A stretch of 64,000 nt of DNA, taken from assembly GCA_963662655.2 (NCBI GenBank), contig CAXXTU010000002.1, positions 672,001-736,000 of the forward strand, written 5' to 3'. Numbering within the stretch: the first letter of the stretch is position 1; each line of letters opens with the position of its first letter. Below are positions 56,789 through 64,000 of this stretch, piece by piece. The translations under genes were made by a program, and so were the position numbers. The stretch is from Candidatus Cloacimonadales bacterium (lineage in GTDB: Bacteria; Cloacimonadota; Cloacimonadia; Cloacimonadales; JAIOQZ01). The notes under the pieces are model-generated. The model was not told where the DNA came from and did no database searches. It was given only the letters and a program-made list of their open reading frames with translations.

Positions 56789-59191
56789 ATGAGTATGAGC
56801 AAGCTCTCTTTGTTCTTGTTCCGGACGAAGAGTTACCCTTTGCTTGTTTTAACGGTTGTACTGGCAATGCAATCGGCCTTACTGTTCGCGGACGCGATGT
56901 TCGAGGAGGTGGTCCTCTTCGAGGACACGAATGGCGCTTGTGCCATCGCTGCTGCGGATTTCAATATGGATACGCACCCTGATTTCGTCTACACGTGCAA
57001 TCCGCTTGGGCATATCAAGTGGATGGAGAACGACGGCGCGATGAATTTCACGGAGCACATGGTCATCGAGGGATTCACCAACGCGAAGTCGATCGATACC
57101 GGGGACATCGATCGGGACGGTTACCCCGATTTCGTCGCGACAGCCTACGGCGCGGATAAAATCTCCTGGTTTCACAACAACGGTGACGGTTCGTTTACCG
57201 AGCGCGTTGTGTGCGATACTTGGGATCGGCCTGGCTGGGCGCTTGTCGGCGATCATGTCCAGAATCTTCCCGTCGATATCAACTCGGACGGAGAGGTGGA
57301 TATTCTGGCCACCTCCTGTGAAGAAGGGATCCTCGGCTGGTTCGAAAACGACGGCGAGGAGAATTTTACCGAACACATCATCAAGGATAGCTGGACCAAG
57401 GTAAGCTGCGCCAATGCTGTGGACATGGACGGCGACGGCGATACCGACATCCTCGCTGCCGCACAGACAGCCGGGATCGTGTGGTTCGAGAACGACGGCA
57501 ACGAAGTCTTCACCGAGCACTTCATCTTCGGAGACTGGGACCGTCCCAACTGGATTTGCGCCGGCGATATCAACGGTGACGGCAACATGGATTTCGCCGC
57601 GACAGCGTGCGGAAACAGCGATGCCATCGGCTGGTTCGAGAACGATGGGGAAGAGGAATTTACCTTCCACTTACTCCGTTCCCAATACAACGGAGCACGC
57701 TGTCCGCTTCTCTCCGATATAGACGGCGATGGCGACATGGACATCTTCGGAATAGCCTGGGTTTCGGGCCTGGGGACATTCTTCGACAACAACGGCAACG
57801 CGGAGTTTACCGAGTACACCATCAGCGATGACGCGGTGGACATGCTCAAATACTTCGTGGTCGACCTCGACGAGGATGGCGATCTGGATCTTCTGGCCAG
57901 CACAGCGGTTTACGAGCCGCATCATATACGCTGGTTCAAGAATCTCGATTCCTTCATCGACGGCGATTTCGCGAACAATGTCTCCAGCGGACACTATCCG
58001 CTCGAAGTCGGGTTCTCCTACGACGCATACGCGCATCCGGCTGTTAATAGCTGGCAGTGGGACTTCAACAACGATGGAACCACCGATTCCACGGATCCCA
58101 ACCCGACCTTCGAATACCAGTCGCCCGGCACGTATGACGTCAGGCTGGATGTGTCCAATGGCATCGACACGGATACCATCATAAAGGAAGGTCTCATCCG
58201 GGTCTTCGATGGAGAAAGCTCGATCGAGTTCGATTCCAACAACAGCAGCATCAATGTGCCGGCGGAGAGCGGCTTGGAATTGGGCGAAGAATTTACCCTC
58301 GAAGCCTGCTTCCACGCGTACGATTACGGGATGAATCCCGCGCTCGGGAATGGAATGATCTTCTACAAGGGCAGCATTTCGGCCTACCTGAACAACGCTT
58401 ATCCCCTGTACAATCAGATGACGTTGATCGTCAAGATGACGCACCAGGATGAGACGCAAAGCGTTGTCGCGATGCCAGCTTTCGGGATTTTTACTGATAC
58501 GGGCTATCATCTTGCCATAACGTATGATGGGGATTCGAATCTGAAGGTATACTTGAATGGCGTCGAACAGAGTCTGACCGTCTATACGGCACCGTCGGGA
58601 CCGCTTCAGGACAACTCGAATCAGGCCCTGACCTTCGGCAACAACGGAACCAACACTTCCGCTTTCAAGGGGTATCTGGATGAACTGCGCGTCTGGAACG
58701 TCGTGCGTACTCCGGACGAGATCAACGCAAACATGGCTGATTATCTCAACGGAGACGAGATCGGCTTGAATGGATACTGGAAGTGCAATGACGGAAGCGG
58801 AGACACGCTTGTCGATGCAACCTCCAACCGCTATGATGCTGCGGTAGTGTACTGTCACTGGCATCAGGGCGATCCCTTCAGTTTTCATGCGGTGGATGGC
58901 GAAGAAATCGTGCAGCCGGAAGCGATTTCCCTAAGAAACTACCCCAATCCCTTCAATCCCGAGACAACGATCACCTTTGAGCTGTCTGCGGTTCAGAACG
59001 ACAACATCACGCTTGGCATCTATAACCTGAAGGGCCAGATGGTGAGATTGTTCTCGGTGGCTCCCGATTGCAGGAGCGTTGTCTGGAACGGAAGGAACGA
59101 TGCCGGGAAATCGGTGTCGAGCGGCCTCTATTTCGCAAGATTGAACGCAGGTGACGAGAGCGCAGTTCGGAAGATGCTTTTGATGAAATAA
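56789..59191 (+). CDS. Secreted FG-GAP propeller + PKD + LamG + FlgD/T9SS-like CTD protein
   Basis: DIDRDGYPDF / WFENDG repeats; WDFNNDG; HLAITYDG...YLNG...FKGYLDELRVWN; YPNPFNPET. Confidence 0.85.
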   Translation: MSMSKLSLFLFRTKSYPLLVLTVVLAMQSALLFADAMFEEVVLFEDTNGACAIAAADFNMDTHPDFVYTCNPLGHIKWMENDGAMNFTEHMVIEGFTNAKSIDTGDIDRDGYPDFVATAYGADKISWFHNNGDGSFTERVVCDTWDRPGWALVGDHVQNLPVDINSDGEVDILATSCEEGILGWFENDGEENFTEHIIKDSWTKVSCANAVDMDGDGDTDILAAAQTAGIVWFENDGNEVFTEHFIFGDWDRPNWICAGDINGDGNMDFAATACGNSDAIGWFENDGEEEFTFHLLRSQYNGARCPLLSDIDGDGDMDIFGIAWVSGLGTFFDNNGNAEFTEYTISDDAVDMLKYFVVDLDEDGDLDLLASTAVYEPHHIRWFKNLDSFIDGDFANNVSSGHYPLEVGFSYDAYAHPAVNSWQWDFNNDGTTDSTDPNPTFEYQSPGTYDVRLDVSNGIDTDTIIKEGLIRVFDGESSIEFDSNNSSINVPAESGLELGEEFTLEACFHAYDYGMNPALGNGMIFYKGSISAYLNNAYPLYNQMTLIVKMTHQDETQSVVAMPAFGIFTDTGYHLAITYDGDSNLKVYLNGVEQSLTVYTAPSGPLQDNSNQALTFGNNGTNTSAFKGYLDELRVWNVVRTPDEINANMADYLNGDEIGLNGYWKCNDGSGDTLVDATSNRYDAAVVYCHWHQGDPFSFHAVDGEEIVQPEAISLRNYPNPFNPETTITFELSAVQNDNITLGIYNLKGQMVRLFSVAPDCRSVVWNGRNDAGKSVSSGLYFARLNAGDESAVRKMLLMK

Positions 59192-59246
59192 AGCAAGAAT
59201 TTCAATCCTCACTCTCTCCAAAGTCCCTCCTCGGGACTTGAGTACC

Positions 59247-59282
59247 GGGAGAAGCCGGCCTGGCTGGTTTCTCCCGTTTTTG
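59247..59282 (+). terminator. Intrinsic terminator
   Basis: CGGGAGAAGCCGG/CTGGTTTCTCCCG stem then TTTTT. Confidence 0.7.
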
Positions 59283-59335
59283 ATAGAGACAAGGAGTTTG
59301 TTTACGTTAGAATATCCTCGATTTTCGCAACTCCG

Positions 59336-60709
59336 TTAAGACTCCTGATTCCCCATGTTATACCAGTCGATTTTCCGTGTAAGGAACATGATAATCGTGA
59401 GGATGACGAAAAGCGCGATGCTACCCACAAGCAGCGCGTTCTCCTCTAGATTCATCAGAATGTAGAGTAAGCCGTATACGACGGACAATATGATGGAAAT
59501 CAGGAGGGCGAAAGCGTTTCTTCTCAACGCGCCAAGGCTGTACAGCCCTATCGATGCAACCGTTGCTGCGGCTGAAATCAGGTACGAAAGCCCGAAACCA
59601 ATATGTTCGCTCAGCGCCAGGAGAAGCAAGTAGAAGAGGATCAGTGAAAATCCGACCAACAGGTACTGGATCGGGTGAATCCGGCATTTGAGCATGATCT
59701 CACCGATGAAAAACGAGAGAAATGTCAGCCCAATCACGAGAATCGCATACTTCACAGCTCGATCGACCTTTCCGTAGTGGTTCACCGGCTGAATGAAGCT
59801 AACCCCGAAGTCGGCGTTCGAGATATTCTGCGATCCACCCAAAATCTGTGGAAAGCTTCGGTTCATCTCACCCGCGTTCCACTCAGCGGTAAAACCGTTC
59901 TCACTGATCTCGTGCGTTTGCGGGACGAACGTACCGGTGAAACTCGGGTGCGGCCAGTCGGATGTCATTTTGAAGGACGATTCTTTCCCGATCGGAACCG
60001 CGTGTAATTCCCTCGTTCCTCGCAATTTCAGCTCGATTCGGTATGTCATTTCACTTGCCAGAATTCCCGGATTCAATTCTACATGAAAGCCTTCTTTTAC
60101 CCCTCCGACTCGTGAGCGGATGATGTCGCCTTTCAAACCCCCTCGTACTGTGGTGGTTTTTTGGGGCACACTCACGAGTTCGTCGAAAGGAATTCCCGGA
60201 TGCGCTTCGTACTCCTGCCCATTGATGATGACCCTGGGTTTTCCAATGAAGCCACTGTTGTCCGACAGATAGAAAGCCAATTGAACCTTTGTCAGCTCTA
60301 CGGGGTTCTCGGAATGCCAAATCTCATCGACCGAATATGCGGGGAACACTCCCTCGATCGCAATATCCGAGGTATAAACCGGTACCTTGAAGATGCTTCG
60401 TTTTCTCGACTCCGTCTTGACATTGCAATCGATATCCAGCACGTCGGGCAGCAGGAACCTGTCCTCGGCGTCGGTTTTCTGAGCCTTTCCTTCACTTGTT
60501 TGCAAAAGGGTACCCTTCGTTGCGAGGATAGGCCCGGATATCGCCTGGGCATCGCCCCATTGCGAAGCGACCTCTTGCACGACGTTCTGTTCTCTGATAC
60601 CTCGCTCGACAATCACTTCCAGTATGAGCGCGGCGGGTATCAGCAGTAAAAGAGAGATGGTTGTGATCAACGCCAGTTTGACTCCGGGCGATTTCAGGCT
60701 GACTTTCAT
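59336..60709 (-). CDS. creD: Inner membrane protein CreD
   Basis: LLLIP....I.ER, WG..Q.ISGP, SDWPHPSF.G, RAVKYAIL, IHPIQYLLVG, LLLALSEHIGF, TRKIDWY. Confidence 0.92.
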   Translation of the reverse strand: MKVSLKSPGVKLALITTISLLLLIPAALILEVIVERGIREQNVVQEVASQWGDAQAISGPILATKGTLLQTSEGKAQKTDAEDRFLLPDVLDIDCNVKTESRKRSIFKVPVYTSDIAIEGVFPAYSVDEIWHSENPVELTKVQLAFYLSDNSGFIGKPRVIINGQEYEAHPGIPFDELVSVPQKTTTVRGGLKGDIIRSRVGGVKEGFHVELNPGILASEMTYRIELKLRGTRELHAVPIGKESSFKMTSDWPHPSFTGTFVPQTHEISENGFTAEWNAGEMNRSFPQILGGSQNISNADFGVSFIQPVNHYGKVDRAVKYAILVIGLTFLSFFIGEIMLKCRIHPIQYLLVGFSLILFYLLLLALSEHIGFGLSYLISAAATVASIGLYSLGALRRNAFALLISIILSVVYGLLYILMNLEENALLVGSIALFVILTIIMFLTRKIDWYNMGNQES

Positions 60710-60912
60710 ATTCGCTCCTTCATGATGGTTTCTTAAGTAAAACGAAGCTCAACGTTTATTGTTTCAATCGAGTAGCGAAGTAATGCTTGTACATCGCCCG
60801 ACTCATCGATACGCCCCGACATGTCGTGGTAGTCGGGTTACATAAAGAATTATCTTGAGTTGAGAGAGTTCTTCTGAAATGGCAACCAACTAAATATGCA
60901 ACAGAATAAAAA

Positions 60913-60940
60913 AAGCCGCCTACATTTCTGTAAGCGGCTT
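60913..60940 (-). terminator. Intrinsic terminator of the second C10 peptidase gene
   Basis: AAGCCGC..TAC/GTA.GCGGCTT stem, T-run on the minus strand. Confidence 0.75.
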
Positions 60941-60957
60941 CAAGATGTATGCGAATT

Positions 60958-63597
60958 CTACTTGATCAACATCATTTTGCGTGCAAAGGTATCTCCACCC
61001 GCTTGCAAACGCATCATATAGATACCCGAAGCGAGGGATTTTCCGGTCTCGTCGGTACCGTTCCACACAACCGAGTGACTGCCCTGGGTCATGCGTGAAT
61101 TCGCGAGCGTCTTCACTTTCTGACCGCGGATGTTGTAGATACTCAGGGAGACATGGGAGTCGTTTGCCAGGCTGAACTGGATGCGTGTCTCGGGATTGAA
61201 CGGATTCGGGAAGTTGCCGGCGAGAGCCGTCGTGAAGTCCGGGACTTCGGTTGGCTCGTTCGCGTTGGTTGGATCCATCACGAAATCCACATCGTCGATA
61301 ACCTCTCCGGCCGTAATTTCAATGCCCTCGATCACCTCGGGATCGCAATCCGTGAAGGAGGCGTAGATATCGTAGGTTCCGGCTGGGAGTTCAAGGGAGT
61401 AGTAGCCGCTGTCGTCGGCGTGAGCAATGAAGTTGCCTGTTCCGACCATCGCGTCCCGAAGTTCTCTGGTATCGTCAACGGTAATCTGCCCGTTGATTGT
61501 CCCGTAATCCACTGCGGAAATCACGGCGTCGATATTGAAATTGAAGTCCTGCGCAGTTGTGAGATTGACCCAGCTTGTCGTGCAGATCAATGCGCCTTTC
61601 CCCGTCACACGTGGTCCGTTATCGTGCCAGGCTACGTTCCCGTTCACAGCGTGGATGTGGTAACCGACGAAGTATTCCTGTGCAGGATCGATCAACACGT
61701 ATGGCTCGACTTCGACCTCATACCATTGGTTCGCTTCGAAAGACTCGAGCACTTGCTCCGCGATGATCTGCTCGCCCATCCAGACCTCCGCCGTTATTTC
61801 ACCTTCTTCGCTCGATATCGGGGTTTTAAACCGCACCGCGCGGATCGCTTCGCCCTCGTGTCCCGTCAGGTCGTCCTGACTCAATCGGATTCCGCAACTG
61901 AGCGTGTAGTCGATGCCGATGGAGAAGATTTCATCGGGCGTTCCGCTGAATCCGACGCCCAGTTTTCCTTCGCGGAGTGTCATTTCCACGTCGGTATCCT
62001 GATCGTCGGCAGTTAGCGTGAACTCGGCGCTTCCGAAGTATCCGTCCCCGGCGCTCGCGCTGAGGGTGTATGTGCCCGGAAGGATTTCGGGGAAGCTGAA
62101 ATTGCCGTATTCGTCGGCGTAATCGATACCGAGCAGCCGCCCGTCTTTGTAAAGGCAAACGCCTGCGCCGTCAGTTGCGACGCTCGCGTTGACCTGGCCG
62201 GTGAGGGCTTCGTAATTGGCAAGATCGAAATCGATGTTCGTGGTGTTTTCATCGATGGTTATCTCGAATTGGTCGAAGTACATTCTGTTTCCGAGAGTGG
62301 CCGTCGCTGTATAGGTGCCGGGGAAAATCGCCGGTATGTCGTAGGATCCTGAAGCGTTGTCGACGTAGACTTCGAAATCGTAGTCTCCGTCGAAGAAGAC
62401 ATAAGCGCCTTCCGCGGAAGAGCCATCGACGTTTACGTTACCGCTGATATGCACGGGATGCTCTCCGCCTTCGATATTGTAGACCATGCCTGAAACAATA
62501 GTGTAACCGCTGGGCATTCCCTCCGGCAAGATATACCAGCACGAGCTGTCCGATGATCCCCAACCGAAGTTCAGGTGGTAGTAATCGTCCGTGTTGTAGC
62601 CGTCGCAGTTGATCGCGTGACCGGAATCGTAATCCGGCGTGTTGATGGAAAGTTCGGTTGGTCTGGCGTATTTCATTTCTTCGGCCAGCATGTCCAGCAG
62701 GCTGTAGCTCCAATCCATATAGAAAGCCGAATCGTAATCGAATTTGTTTGGGAGGGCCGAAGCGACAAGCTCCGTCCAGCTTCCGCTTCCATCGGAAGAA
62801 TAGGACATCTGAACGCTGATACCTGCTGCGAAGTTGAGTGCAGCATAGTCCTGCGCAGTCCAATCGATTCCTGCGTCGATGTGGTCACCAAGTGTGTCGA
62901 GGTAACCGTTAAGCTCGCTAAATGAAGGGAAATCGTGTTCTTCATGGTCTCCGTCAATCGCGATTCCGTTCCACCAGCCGGAGACATACGCGTCGGACTG
63001 ATCGAACGACACATCGCCGATGTGCTGGTGGTAGTATATCAGCATGGACATCGCTGTCGCCACGCAACCGACGACAGAACGCTCTCCGCCGTTATCGAGC
63101 GGACACATGTCGTTGTAAACGCCCGATTGATTCCAACGGGTAAGCAGCCAGCCGTCCGTGGTGGTCGAGCCATCCGCAGGCCATTGCTGGAAACCCGGAT
63201 CGGGGCGGCTCATTGTCAACATCGTTTCCCAAGTTGGGTCGGCTTCATTGATTCCCTGATCCGCAAACCAGGCCATCCGGTTTGCGATATCCGCGTTGAT
63301 CATGCTAACGAGCGGGTTCTCGGGGTCGTTGATGAATCCGTGCTTGAATGAGTACGCGAGAACGGGGGGGAGCTGGTTGTCTGCGGAAACTATGATAAAG
63401 CCAGGCTCATCGAGCTGATAGACATACGCGTTTGGCGCGGCTCTGTTCCCGATGGTTTCCTGATCCATAATATGTTTATCGACGCCGCGAATCTGCAGGA
63501 AACTCTCGGCGACATCTCTCGAAACAGCTTCTTCTACCGGCGCTGCAAACAGAAGCAGGTTCAGGCATAGAAGCATGATAATCGTGGTAATCCTCAT
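60958..63597 (-). CDS. Second secreted C10 peptidase with carboxypeptidase-regulatory-like repeats and FlgD/T9SS-like CTD
   Basis: WNQSG.YN..CP, VGCVATAMS, GHAINCDGY, YHLNFGWG; PGTY repeats; FPNPFNPET; start set at ATG 63597 after GGAGAG. Confidence 0.87.
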   Translation of the reverse strand: MRITTIIMLLCLNLLLFAAPVEEAVSRDVAESFLQIRGVDKHIMDQETIGNRAAPNAYVYQLDEPGFIIVSADNQLPPVLAYSFKHGFINDPENPLVSMINADIANRMAWFADQGINEADPTWETMLTMSRPDPGFQQWPADGSTTTDGWLLTRWNQSGVYNDMCPLDNGGERSVVGCVATAMSMLIYYHQHIGDVSFDQSDAYVSGWWNGIAIDGDHEEHDFPSFSELNGYLDTLGDHIDAGIDWTAQDYAALNFAAGISVQMSYSSDGSGSWTELVASALPNKFDYDSAFYMDWSYSLLDMLAEEMKYARPTELSINTPDYDSGHAINCDGYNTDDYYHLNFGWGSSDSSCWYILPEGMPSGYTIVSGMVYNIEGGEHPVHISGNVNVDGSSAEGAYVFFDGDYDFEVYVDNASGSYDIPAIFPGTYTATATLGNRMYFDQFEITIDENTTNIDFDLANYEALTGQVNASVATDGAGVCLYKDGRLLGIDYADEYGNFSFPEILPGTYTLSASAGDGYFGSAEFTLTADDQDTDVEMTLREGKLGVGFSGTPDEIFSIGIDYTLSCGIRLSQDDLTGHEGEAIRAVRFKTPISSEEGEITAEVWMGEQIIAEQVLESFEANQWYEVEVEPYVLIDPAQEYFVGYHIHAVNGNVAWHDNGPRVTGKGALICTTSWVNLTTAQDFNFNIDAVISAVDYGTINGQITVDDTRELRDAMVGTGNFIAHADDSGYYSLELPAGTYDIYASFTDCDPEVIEGIEITAGEVIDDVDFVMDPTNANEPTEVPDFTTALAGNFPNPFNPETRIQFSLANDSHVSLSIYNIRGQKVKTLANSRMTQGSHSVVWNGTDETGKSLASGIYMMRLQAGGDTFARKMMLIK

Positions 63598-63819
63598 AAT
63601 TCTCTCTCCAAAGTCCTTTTGTATATAATATTCCATTATATATAGCATGCACATTTTATTCCAGTAATGTTTCACTGTGTCAAATATCGATTCTGTCATC
63701 GAAGCGGCCAGATTTTAGTTATCAAATTGAAACAACCCAAGGTCTTGCAGAAAAATGGGGGTATGCGTGAATCTCTTTCAATGTTGACACAGAAAAGCGC
63801 TTTGGATTAATCTGCCGCC

Positions 63820-64000
63820 ATGAGAGCATATATATTATTCATGATTGCCTTCATGTTGTTTCTGGGGGCGTGTTCTGCCAACCGCCACGAGATAACGGAA
63901 CCCCTGCCCAAGCCGGGTAAATGGCTCGATCCGGAGACCAACATCCGCTTCACGATCGTGCAGAAGGGCGATCGTATCGTCGTTACGGAAGCAAAGGACA
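63820..64000 (+). CDS. Putative lipoprotein (truncated by window end)
   Basis: Manual translation MRAYILFMIAFMLFLGACSANRHEITEP...; lipobox LGAC; frame open to the window end. Confidence 0.65.
   Translation, partial: MRAYILFMIAFMLFLGACSANRHEITEPLPKPGKWLDPETNIRFTIVQKGDRIVVTEAKD

Overview
Mostly housekeeping chromosome of an anaerobic Gram-negative bacterium. Four secreted proteins with a 'YPNPFNP...G.Y..RL...RKM(L/M)L(I/L)K' FlgD-Ig/T9SS-like C-terminal domain suggest Cloacimonadota or a related FCB-group lineage; this is an inference. Recognisable genes include hldE-type adenylyltransferase, folB, folK, kbl, a cold-shock protein, ppdK, the rplM-rpsI-rpsB-tsf-pyrH-frr-ferredoxin cluster, wecB, pullulanase, cca, recO, glmS, natA/natB-like ABC genes, creD, two C10 peptidases, and S9 and S41 peptidases. 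The standout is a 3.45-kb element (29561-33028) upstream of rplM, bounded by an exact 19-bp direct repeat. It carries a frameshifted minimal tyrosine recombinase, tiny Cys-rich and paralogous ORFs, a 15-bp tandem repeat and a ~700-bp hairpin-rich non-coding tract, but no recognisable Rep. Both inner ends carry DnaA-box arrays, and the left end has an oriC-type unwinding module (tandem boxes, GC cluster, DnaA-trios). Excision would therefore join the two box arrays into one origin around the att site. Also notable: two intergenic perfect four-way-junction elements (3145-3322, 53592-53707), and a receiver-domain protein fused to a catalytically dead McrB-like AAA+ domain. All family calls come from motif recognition by eye; no searches were run.
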